NCBI GenBank assembly: GCA_003525075.1
Contig: DQFO01000014.1
Coordinates: 64,032 to 128,031 of the forward strand
DNA length: 64,000 nucleotides
Direction: 5' to 3'
Source of the DNA: Clostridiales bacterium
GTDB lineage: Bacteria; Bacillota; Clostridia; TANB77; CAG-508
Part shown: piece by piece, positions 10,161 to 18,520 of the stretch
Layout: each line of letters opens with the position of its first letter
Numbering within the stretch: position 1 is the first letter of the stretch
The notes under the pieces: generated by a model
Seen by the model: the letters and a program-made list of their open reading frames with translations, nothing else
What the model was told of the DNA's origin: nothing
The model's database searches: none
Translations under genes and position numbers: made by a program

Positions 10161-11138
10161 GTATCTGTATTTTAAATATGAAATTATTGGAAAGTGAAAC
10201 AATGCAATTTCTCTTATCATTTTCTTTCCTTGATTTTTTCCTGACAAAATTTTGAAATAGTCTCCTATATTTTTAATATTTATTTTCTTTGTTTTATATA
10301 TTTCATTATAATAATTTATTGCTTTTTGGCAAAATTCTAAATCTATTTTTTTATTTGCATATTGTTCACACATCTTTATTCCACCATCATATGCCCTTTT
10401 TATAGCATCTTCTCTGTATTTTAAGAATGCATCATAACTATTACCATTCTTCTCTTTCCATCTATTCAAATTTTGATTTAAACTTCGTCCTCCAAAAACA
10501 TTTGAATTATGTAATCTATAATCAAATAATTCTTCTTTTATATAGTCTATTCCCTTTCCTTCATTTGCAATAAAAGCTGCTAACCAATCATGTGCAATTA
10601 CTTTAGATTTAAATGGTATCATCTTTTCTTTAACTGATTTAGTTATTATTTGAGAACATCCAATCCCAACACATCTTGATATTGCCAATTTGTCATTCCC
10701 TTTTACTAATGGTACATTTTTATATTTGAAATAGTTGTCTCTTAGCACAATTCCATCTTCATCTATTTGCCTACAATTGCAATAAACCATATCAACATCT
10801 TTGTCTTTTAATAATTTTAGGCTTTTTTCTACTTTATCTTTATGCCAAACATCGTCATGATCTGAAAACATTATATAATTTGCTGTAGATTGTTGTAACA
10901 AAAATTCAAAATTTTTATTATATCCTAAATTTTGAGGTTGCAAAAATAATCTTATTCGATTATCATTTTTTTCATACTCTTCTAGTAATTCCTTTATTTC
11001 ATTTTTATTTGAATTGTCATCACTTATATATATTTTTATATTTTTATATGTTTGTCTTAATATACTTTCAATTTGTTTTTTTAGATATTTTTCATTTGTA
11101 TTATATGTTGTAACTAATATATCTACTACTTCGTCCAT
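10158..11138 (-). CDS. family 2 glycosyltransferase (rhamnosyltransferase-like), paralog of 7770-8756
   Basis: 326 aa. VDILVTTYNTNEKYLKKQIESILRQTYKNIKIYISDDNS and SDHDDVWHKDKVEK are present. Confidence 0.75.
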   Translation of the reverse strand: MDEVVDILVTTYNTNEKYLKKQIESILRQTYKNIKIYISDDNSNKNEIKELLEEYEKNDNRIRLFLQPQNLGYNKNFEFLLQQSTANYIMFSDHDDVWHKDKVEKSLKLLKDKDVDMVYCNCRQIDEDGIVLRDNYFKYKNVPLVKGNDKLAISRCVGIGCSQIITKSVKEKMIPFKSKVIAHDWLAAFIANEGKGIDYIKEELFDYRLHNSNVFGGRSLNQNLNRWKEKNGNSYDAFLKYREDAIKRAYDGGIKMCEQYANKKIDLEFCQKAINYYNEIYKTKKINIKNIGDYFKILSGKNQGKKMIREIALFHFPIISYLKYRY

Positions 11139-11213
11139 TTTCCGCTCCCTTTTTTTATTTAATTGAATTTTAGCATATCTATTTTATAAAGTCAAATTCA
11201 TTTTACATAAACA

Positions 11214-11242
11214 TTGACATTTTTTTCTAATTATACTATAAT
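11214..11242 (+). promoter_or_regulatory. perfect sigma70/sigmaA consensus promoter: TTGACA, 17-nt spacer, TATAAT
   Basis: ttgaca at 11214-11219, a 17-nt spacer, then tataat at 11237-11242. The AAGGAGGG Shine-Dalgarno is at 11285-11292, 6 nt before the ATG at 11299. Confidence 0.6.
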
Positions 11243-11298
11243 AATAATATAGGCTGATTTGCCTATTATAATTTTGTGGCCTACAAGGAGGGCTAATT

Positions 11299-11607
11299 AT
11301 GAGCATTTTTGAGAATGACGGAAACTACTACGCCAACTATTCTGTCCCTGCAATTTCTTTTTGCAACAGAAAAGCATCATCTGCCGAGTTCCGCAAATAC
11401 CTGGCCGAACATCCTTCTGTACAGGAAGATGTTCCGTCCTCTATTATGGAAGAACTCCAGAAGATGCCCAGCGCCAAACCCGCTGGTGCTGCCTACTATG
11501 CAACCCTGAACACTCAGCTGTTCACCAAGTTCTGCAAAGATGTGGCAACGGCGATGGTAGAGAAGTCTCGCGATCCTCAGTGTGTTATGGTCTTCTCTGG
11601 AAACTAA
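11299..11607 (+). CDS. small protein of unknown function encoded by a compositionally foreign (GC-rich) ORF
   Basis: 102 aa. The ORF is about 50% GC in a roughly 25% GC genome. Codons such as ctg, gcc, ccc, cgc and ccg are ones the host almost never uses. It is on the plus strand among minus-strand genes, with a strong SD and an intrinsic terminator immediately downstream. I do not recognise a family. Confidence 0.6.
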   Translation: MSIFENDGNYYANYSVPAISFCNRKASSAEFRKYLAEHPSVQEDVPSSIMEELQKMPSAKPAGAAYYATLNTQLFTKFCKDVATAMVEKSRDPQCVMVFSGN

Positions 11608-11635
11608 AATAGATTTTATATTTTAGTTTTTCACA

Positions 11636-11676
11636 AAAGCCCGCAGATGAAAAAAATCATCTGCGGGCTTTTTATA
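11636..11676. terminator. bidirectional rho-independent terminator (GC-rich 15-bp stem flanked by A and T runs)
   Basis: aaaagcccgcagatga aaaaaa tcatctgcgggcttttt. It serves the plus-strand foreign ORF and the minus-strand recO. Confidence 0.75.
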
Positions 11677-12381
11677 TTATCTTTCTAATTTATCATCAAA
11701 ATATAATTTTGAAACAAGTTTTAATTCATTTAAAGATTCATCTTTTAAAGAAAATGAAAATAATTTTTTTGCTGGAGCCATAACAATATATCTAATCGCT
11801 GATACTGTACTTTCAGATATTGAAATTGCCCCTTTATCTAATCTTCCACAATTTTCACATTTAAAGCCATCATTTTTTAGACTAAAATACTTCAAATTAT
11901 TTTTTTCTTTACAATTTACACATTCCATAATTCTTGGTGTAAAACCAAGAAAGCATAATAATTTTAACTTAAATGTACTTATAACTAAATCTATATTTTT
12001 ATCTGTCTCTGATAAAGTATATAACGTATTTAATAACATTTGTAATATTTTATAACAATTTTCATTTTCATCAGTTACATCTCTTACAATTTTTGTAATC
12101 TCTATTGCATAATTAAGTTTATCTAAATCTGTTCTCAAATTATAAAAAACTTCAATAGTATCACAAGAATTTATATTATATGTATTTGACCCTTTATACA
12201 TCATATACTCTCCAAAACAAAATAACTGTGTTCCAGCTAGCAAGGCGCTTCTCGGACGCCTCGCCCCTTTAGCAACACACGATATCTTGCCTAATCCTGG
12301 AGTTAACATTGTAAGCATTTTGTCATAATCTCCTAAATTGCTTTCAGAGATTATTATCCCACTTGTTTTTATTGTCCCCAT
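11677..12381 (-). CDS. recO: DNA repair protein RecO
   Basis: 234 aa. AKGARRPRSALL is the RecO GARR motif. A C-terminal CxxC...CxxC zinc finger is present (CVNCKEKN...CENCGR). Position matches era-yqzL-recO synteny. Confidence 0.85.
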   Translation of the reverse strand: MGTIKTSGIIISESNLGDYDKMLTMLTPGLGKISCVAKGARRPRSALLAGTQLFCFGEYMMYKGSNTYNINSCDTIEVFYNLRTDLDKLNYAIEITKIVRDVTDENENCYKILQMLLNTLYTLSETDKNIDLVISTFKLKLLCFLGFTPRIMECVNCKEKNNLKYFSLKNDGFKCENCGRLDKGAISISESTVSAIRYIVMAPAKKLFSFSLKDESLNELKLVSKLYFDDKLER

Positions 12382-12511
12382 ATTTTTCCGCCTTTTGTTC
12401 CATATTATTATTTTGCAATTGTTCTTCTATTCCTTGAAATTGTTTTAATTCTAAAAATGTATTAACATCTCCTGTATTTTTAAATGTGTCCCATGCAATT
12501 TTTTTAATCAT
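12344..12511 (-). CDS. yqzL: YqzL-family small protein (not in the ORF track because it is under 60 aa)
   Basis: 56 aa: MIKKIAWDTFKNTGDVNTFLELKQFQGIEEQLQNNNMEQKAEKYGDNKNKWDNNL. The N-terminus matches the Bacillus YqzL pattern (FTWKLFSETGHIDTYLL). SD ggaagtgag lies 6 nt upstream. The 3' end overlaps the recO start, as in Bacillus. Confidence 0.65.
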   Translation of the reverse strand: MIKKIAWDTFKNTGDVNTFLELKQFQGIEEQLQNNNMEQKAEKYGDNKNKWDNNL

Positions 12512-12576
12512 AAGCTCACTTCCTTTAACATTATCTTTTGCATTTTATTATTTTTTATTCATATTTGTGACTATTA

Positions 12577-13476
12577 TTATAACTTGAATTTTTTTACAAC
12601 TGATGTATCATCAAGCCAATTTTCTTTAACTTTTACCCATGTTCTTAAATTAACTTTTGTTCCAAAGTTTCTTTCCATGTCAATTCTTGCTGATTGTCCA
12701 ATTCTTTTTAACATCGTTCCATCTTTTCCAATTATTATCCCTTTATGTGATTCTCTTAAACAATATATTGTTGCTTCAATATCATAAAATTCTTCTTTAT
12801 TCTTAGTTTTCTTTAATTTCATTTTTGTTACTTCTACATATATCCCATGTGGAACTTCGTCTTGTAAATACATTAATGCTTTTTCTCTTATTGTCTCTTC
12901 AGCAAGTTGCCTCATTGTCTGATCTGTATATTCTTCAACATCATAATATGCTGGCCCAGGCTTTAATACTTTTTCTATTTCATCTAATATAATATCTCTA
13001 TATTTTGATTTTATTGATGATACAGGAATTACAGCTTCAAAGTTATATTCTTTTTGATATAAATCAATTAATTTTAATAAACTCTCTTTTTTTACTAAAT
13101 CTATTTTATTAATAATTAATATTGCCTTTTTCTTAGATTCTTTAATCTTCTCTAAGATTCTCATATCTCCTCTTCCAATTTCATCACTTGTAGCTTCTAT
13201 AACAAATAATATTAAATCAATATCTTTTATTACTCCAAATGATGTTTCAATCATTGTTTCATTTAATTTTGTCTTTGGTTTATGAATTCCAGGAGTATCT
13301 ATAAATATGATTTGAGAATTTTCTCTATTTACAATACCTCTTATTGCAGTTCTTGTTGTTTGAACTTTATTTGCTGTTGCAGCTACTTTTTCTCCAACTA
13401 AGAGATTTACTAAAGTTGACTTTCCTACATTCGTTCTTCCTAGCATTGCTACAAATCCTGATTTAAATTCTGACAT
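12577..13476 (-). CDS. era: GTPase Era
   Basis: 299 aa. G1 motif GRTNVGKST, DTPG, NKIDL, and a C-terminal KH domain (GKDGTMLKRIG). Confidence 0.95.
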   Translation of the reverse strand: MSEFKSGFVAMLGRTNVGKSTLVNLLVGEKVAATANKVQTTRTAIRGIVNRENSQIIFIDTPGIHKPKTKLNETMIETSFGVIKDIDLILFVIEATSDEIGRGDMRILEKIKESKKKAILIINKIDLVKKESLLKLIDLYQKEYNFEAVIPVSSIKSKYRDIILDEIEKVLKPGPAYYDVEEYTDQTMRQLAEETIREKALMYLQDEVPHGIYVEVTKMKLKKTKNKEEFYDIEATIYCLRESHKGIIIGKDGTMLKRIGQSARIDMERNFGTKVNLRTWVKVKENWLDDTSVVKKFKL

Positions 13477-15773
13477 TATTCTTCCTCCATTTGTTTAACT
13501 GAATACTCTAAAACATTAATATTTTTTACAATTAATTTTGCTCCAATTTCCTCATCGTCTAATTTTCCTATTCTTATAACTTTTTTTGATTCTAATTTTA
13601 TGTCCATATCACTTAACTTAGCTATAATTCTAGTATCATTATCCATTCCAATTGGTAATGTTTTATTTTGGTTATCATAATATATACAATTAGAAAATGC
13701 TATAACATTTGAACCTTTTTCTAATTTTATTTTATATAAATTAATCTTACTATTTTCTGATTTTTCTGTTGCTTTTTTTACTTCATCTTCAGCATTTAAA
13801 TTAAATACATTTATTTTATTTGCATCAATACTTTCTCCATCTTCAGTCCACATATATGCAATAATGTCTTGACTTGTAGTTACTTTAGTAATTGCTTCAT
13901 TTATTCTCCAAATAACTTGACTAAGATTTACTTTATAATCAACAACTTTATATTGTTTTGCTAAACCTAATATTAGAAATTTATTTTTTGGATTTTCTCT
14001 ATGGGATTTATTATCTAATTTTTTTATTTTTCTCGTATCTTCTTCCAATCCTCCAAAAATATCAACTTCATCATCTAATCTTCCTTTTTGTTCCTTATAT
14101 TCAGCTTTCAATATTTTTAAATACTTATCCAATTCTTTAGGTTCTAATGAATTTGTCTTTAATTTATTTATTGGCTCTATTTGTTCTGTTGCTACCAAAA
14201 ATATAGAATCTAACTCTTCTTTATTTAATTTATTTCTTTGAACTTTATCCATCATAATGCCAAATTCTTCAAAATCTTCTTCAAACTCAAAAGTTTTGGT
14301 ATGTGGTTTTACATTTACAACTTCTTCTTCACCTTCTGCTAAAGACTTTACTTCATCTTTATTACTGTATTTCCAAAATTCAAATATACTCTTTTTATGA
14401 CTATCTATTTCAGCTATAAAAGCTGATGCATTTTCTATCTTTTTTGTTAAATTAACTTTCTTTAATTTTATTGCATTTATATCCATTTTTGTATTGTTAA
14501 ATTCTTTTTCTTTTTCTGCAGTCTCTTTTCCTTTTTCTAACAAATCGTCTAATGTATATTGTTTTTTTATTTTTTCTTCTTCATCTACTTCAGCTACTTC
14601 TTGTATTGTGTTATTTTCTTTTACTTCTGCTTCTTTTTTTGCTTCTTTCTTTTTCTTCTTTCCACTATATTTAAAGAAATATTTAACTTTTCCAAAAAAT
14701 GTTTTTTTACATTCTAAAAATGTTGAAATTTGTTTTTCTTTTTCTATATAATCTGCTTCAAGTTTTTCTGTTTCTTTTTTTAAAATTTCTAATTTATTTT
14801 TATATTCTATATTATTTTTTATATTTTCTTCTTCTATATCAATTAATTTTTTATATTGACTATTAATAAAGTCTGGTAGATCATCATATTTTAAAATTTC
14901 ATCTTGATAATAAAATTCTAGTTCTCCCTGTTTGTCTATTTGAACTTCAAATTTATAATACTCCGGAATTTCTGTTTGGAGTATATATAATGCTTTTACA
15001 AGTTTAAAAAATTTACTTGCATCTATTTTTCCGGTAAGTTTTACTTTGTATTCTGATTTTATTGTTCCTAAAACTTGAGTTTGTCCAATTATTTGTAATG
15101 ACACTTTCCCTGTTTTATCATAAACTTCATATATTGATGGCCAATCATTTGTAAATGTCCATAAATAATTTTCCAAGCTTTCAATTTCTGTTTTATTTAA
15201 TATTTCCTTTGAATAATCTATATTACTTATAGGAACAAATATCTTTCCAGCTTTCTTTTTTTCTAATTGTTTTTTTAATACATAAAAAAATGTTGAATAG
15301 TCTTTATCTTCAGTTGTTACTATCATAAAATATTTTTCATCATTTTCTGAATAATATATTTGCCATAAATAATTTTTTGGATATCTTATTTTGAAAGGAA
15401 TTTTTTTATTTAAATTTTGTTGTTGTTCTTCAATTTCTTTTATCTCATCTATATCAACTTCACTTAACATTCTTAAAAATTCTTCATGTAGTTGCTTTTC
15501 TTCTTCTGTTTTGGGATCTAAATATGAAACTAATGGTTTGGCCATAGAATATTTTGTTTTAGTATCTTCTAATCTATTACATGGTGATACCAATATTTCT
15601 AATTCTTTTGGTGATACAAATCTATATTGTTTATACTTATTTTCTTCAATTCCTGTATTAGGTCTAAAATTTATATTTTCAACATATTTTAATGTTTCAG
15701 GTATTTGTTCTAAATCTAAGCATATATATTCTAATTTTTCTGCTATTTCTTGTGCTATTTTTTTCTTTTCCAA
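13476..15773 (-). CDS. large hypothetical protein, Lys/Glu-rich with coiled-coil segments, translationally coupled to era
   Basis: 765 aa. Its stop overlaps the era start as TAATG. No catalytic motif recognised. Host codon usage. Confidence 0.5.
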   Translation of the reverse strand: MEKKKIAQEIAEKLEYICLDLEQIPETLKYVENINFRPNTGIEENKYKQYRFVSPKELEILVSPCNRLEDTKTKYSMAKPLVSYLDPKTEEEKQLHEEFLRMLSEVDIDEIKEIEEQQQNLNKKIPFKIRYPKNYLWQIYYSENDEKYFMIVTTEDKDYSTFFYVLKKQLEKKKAGKIFVPISNIDYSKEILNKTEIESLENYLWTFTNDWPSIYEVYDKTGKVSLQIIGQTQVLGTIKSEYKVKLTGKIDASKFFKLVKALYILQTEIPEYYKFEVQIDKQGELEFYYQDEILKYDDLPDFINSQYKKLIDIEEENIKNNIEYKNKLEILKKETEKLEADYIEKEKQISTFLECKKTFFGKVKYFFKYSGKKKKKEAKKEAEVKENNTIQEVAEVDEEEKIKKQYTLDDLLEKGKETAEKEKEFNNTKMDINAIKLKKVNLTKKIENASAFIAEIDSHKKSIFEFWKYSNKDEVKSLAEGEEEVVNVKPHTKTFEFEEDFEEFGIMMDKVQRNKLNKEELDSIFLVATEQIEPINKLKTNSLEPKELDKYLKILKAEYKEQKGRLDDEVDIFGGLEEDTRKIKKLDNKSHRENPKNKFLILGLAKQYKVVDYKVNLSQVIWRINEAITKVTTSQDIIAYMWTEDGESIDANKINVFNLNAEDEVKKATEKSENSKINLYKIKLEKGSNVIAFSNCIYYDNQNKTLPIGMDNDTRIIAKLSDMDIKLESKKVIRIGKLDDEEIGAKLIVKNINVLEYSVKQMEEE

Positions 15774-15839
15774 AACTAGATTTTCCTTTCTCTTTATTTC
15801 TTTTTTATTTTACTATTATTTACTGAAAATATCAATATT

Positions 15840-16820
15840 TTAATTTTTATTTTCCATAAAAAATTTTTTTACTTTATCTATAAGTTCATCTGCATTTGTT
15901 ATATGATTTACTTCATCTCTAAATTTTGAAGCTTCTGGCATATTTTTTGTGTATGCTGATATGTTTTTTCTCATTTCATTAATTCCAACAATCTCTCCCT
16001 TTTCTTTTATATTTAATTCTATATGTTGTTTAATAATTTCATATTTTTCTTTATTATCAGGTCTGGGCATTTTATTATTATTTTCTATAAAGTATTTTAT
16101 TTGTTCAAATATCCAAGGATTTCCCATTGCTCCTCTTCCTATCATTATCCCATCAACACCTGTATATTCAAACATTTTTAATGCTGATTCTTCATCAACT
16201 ATGTCTCCATTTCCTATTACTGGTATTTTTACTGATTCTTTAACTTTCTTTATAATATCTAAATCTGCTTTTCCGGAATAATATTCTTCTCTTGTTCTTC
16301 CATGTATTGTTATTGCTGAAACCCCACATTTTTCAGCAATTTTAGCTAATTCACATGCAACAATATTTTCATTATTCCATCCTTTTCTAAATTTTAAAGT
16401 CACTGGTTTGGTTGAATTTTTTACTACTGATCTTATTATTTCTTCAGCTTTGTCTATATCTAATAATAATTTACTACCATCACCATTTTTTACAACTTTT
16501 GGGGCTGGACATCCCATATTTATATCTACTATATCTGCTATTTTACTTACATATTGTGCTGCAAATCCCATAGTTTCAGGATCACTTCCAAATATTTGCA
16601 TGCTTACTGGAACATTTTCTCCTGTTCTATTTAATAATTGTTTTGTTTTTTCGTCTCCAAAAAACAAGGCTTTTGAACTTACCATTTCTGTACAAACTAA
16701 ACCAGGTTTGAATTTTTCTGTAATTATTCTAAAAGGCAGGTCTGTTACACCTGCCATTGGAGCTAATATTAAGTTATTTTCTAATTCTAAATTTCCAATC
16801 TTTAATTTTTTTAAATACAT
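15840..16820 (-). CDS. dusB: tRNA-dihydrouridine synthase (DusB-like)
   Basis: 326 aa. LAPMAGVTDLPFR, the FMN-binding TIM-barrel motifs (DINMGCP) and a C-terminal helical domain are present. Confidence 0.85.
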   Translation of the reverse strand: MYLKKLKIGNLELENNLILAPMAGVTDLPFRIITEKFKPGLVCTEMVSSKALFFGDEKTKQLLNRTGENVPVSMQIFGSDPETMGFAAQYVSKIADIVDINMGCPAPKVVKNGDGSKLLLDIDKAEEIIRSVVKNSTKPVTLKFRKGWNNENIVACELAKIAEKCGVSAITIHGRTREEYYSGKADLDIIKKVKESVKIPVIGNGDIVDEESALKMFEYTGVDGIMIGRGAMGNPWIFEQIKYFIENNNKMPRPDNKEKYEIIKQHIELNIKEKGEIVGINEMRKNISAYTKNMPEASKFRDEVNHITNADELIDKVKKFFMENKN

Positions 16821-16829
16821 CTTTTACTC

Positions 16830-17945
16830 CTATTTGTTAAACAATCCATTTCGTCTTTGACTACTAATATTTAATAAAATTCCAATTGCAACAAAACTTG
16901 TCATCATAGAACTTCCACCATAACTTACAAATAATAATGGAACTCCTGTTATTGGTAATACTCCCATTGTCATACCAATATTTTCTAAAGTATGAAATAA
17001 AAATATTCCAGCAATTCCAATTGCAACATATGCTCCTGCTTCATCTTTTATCCCTTTTGCAATCTGAACTGCTTTTACAATAATCAATATATTCAGTAAT
17101 ATTACTGAGCATGCAATTATAAAGCCCATTTCTTCTCCGACTACTGCAAAAATAAAATCTGTTGTTTTAGGATATAAATATCCTAATTGTGTTTGATTTC
17201 CTTTTAATACTCCCATTCCAGTAATTTGTCCAGAGCCTATTGCTAATTTAGATTGTAAAATATTATATCCAGATCCTGTTGGATCTGATTCTGGATTTAA
17301 AAATGTGTCAATTCTATCTTTTGCATGTTTTGGTAAAATAAAATTATATGTTATAGGTGTTGCTATAGCTATTATCAAAATTGATACAATAATGTATTTT
17401 TTATCAATTCCAGCTACAAAAATCATTAGTAAAAATGACACAATATATGCTGCTGCTGTTCCATAATCTGGTTCTACAATTATAAGTACTAAAGGAATTG
17501 CTATTGCTAATAATATTAATGCTAACTTGCTAATTCTATTTATTTCATCTCTTCCATTTCTTATCTGAATAAAAGAAATAACGTATGACATAAATAAAAT
17601 TATAAATATTTTTGATATTTCAGCTGGTTGAAATGAAAATAAATCATCTCCTATTACAAACCAACTCCTTGCACCATTTATTGGTTTGGTAAATAGTACT
17701 GCAATTAACATTATTATTGAAATTCCATAAAAAATCGGTGACACTTTAACTAAAATTTTATAATCTATTAACATAACAATTAGCATAAGTACAAAACTTA
17801 TGCCAATCCAAATTGCTTGTTTCTTAAATTCTTCTAAATTTGTATCATATGAAGCTGAATATAATGCAACTAGTCCAATTACACATAATATTATTGCCGC
17901 TATTGGAATCAGCCATTCTATCTTTCTTAATCTTCTTATATCCAT
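16830..17945 (-). CDS. rodA: SEDS-family peptidoglycan glycosyltransferase RodA/FtsW
   Basis: 371 aa polytopic membrane protein with the conserved C-terminal GGSS motif (VSYGGSSMM). It is adjacent to minDE. Confidence 0.8.
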   Translation of the reverse strand: MDIRRLRKIEWLIPIAAIILCVIGLVALYSASYDTNLEEFKKQAIWIGISFVLMLIVMLIDYKILVKVSPIFYGISIIMLIAVLFTKPINGARSWFVIGDDLFSFQPAEISKIFIILFMSYVISFIQIRNGRDEINRISKLALILLAIAIPLVLIIVEPDYGTAAAYIVSFLLMIFVAGIDKKYIIVSILIIAIATPITYNFILPKHAKDRIDTFLNPESDPTGSGYNILQSKLAIGSGQITGMGVLKGNQTQLGYLYPKTTDFIFAVVGEEMGFIIACSVILLNILIIVKAVQIAKGIKDEAGAYVAIGIAGIFLFHTLENIGMTMGVLPITGVPLLFVSYGGSSMMTSFVAIGILLNISSQRRNGLFNK

Positions 17946-17962
17946 TAAATCACTCTTTATTC

Positions 17963-18499
17963 TTAATTTTTATGTTTTTTTTGTTTTTTCTTAAAATTAT
18001 TATTTGATTTATAATTGTTTGAATTGTTATTTTGTTCGTTTTCGTTCTTTTCCTCTATTGTTTTTGTATTTTCTTCTATTATTGTGATTTCTTCTTTTTC
18101 TTGATTATCTTCTAATAAAGTTTCTTTTTTTTCTTCATTATCATTTATAAAGTTTTCTTTTTTTTCTTCGTCTTTTGTTTTTACTTTTGCTGTTTGTCTT
18201 ACTTCATCTTTTATATTTAAAATTGGTATATTAGCATATAATGCTGGTGCACCATTTGTTCCATCCCCATTATCTTTATTGGTTAGTTTTACATCTATTG
18301 CGCTTTCATCTATCTCTATGTATTTTTTTATTACGTCTATTATTTCTTGTTTCATCAAATCTAAAAAGTCTGCGGATACATTTGCTCTATCTTGCATTAA
18401 TACTAGATGTAGTCTTTCTTTTGCTGCATCTTTAGATTTTAATGTTTGATCTTCTTTTTTTGTTACTTTTCTTACTAATTTCATTATGCTTTCAAACAT
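17963..18499 (-). CDS. minE: cell division topological specificity factor MinE with a roughly 90-aa low-complexity C-terminal tail
   Basis: The N-terminal 90 aa (AKERLHLVLMQDRANVSADFLDLMKQEIIDVIKKYIEIDESAIDVKL) match MinE. A K/E/N-rich tail follows. It lies downstream of minD. Confidence 0.8.
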   Translation of the reverse strand: MFESIMKLVRKVTKKEDQTLKSKDAAKERLHLVLMQDRANVSADFLDLMKQEIIDVIKKYIEIDESAIDVKLTNKDNGDGTNGAPALYANIPILNIKDEVRQTAKVKTKDEEKKENFINDNEEKKETLLEDNQEKEEITIIEENTKTIEEKNENEQNNNSNNYKSNNNFKKKQKKHKN

Positions 18500-18520
18500 T
18501 ATCCTTTCTCCTTTATTGTT

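Noticed and set aside
11309-11612. Alternative-frame ORFs 11309-11509 and 11361-11612 inside foreign cassette 1, and 27766-28329(-), 28070-28384 and 28122-28334(-) inside cassette 2
   Set aside because: GC-rich DNA produces long open frames in several phases. Only the frames at 11299-11607 and 27784-28416 have an SD, a sensible start and recognisable protein features.
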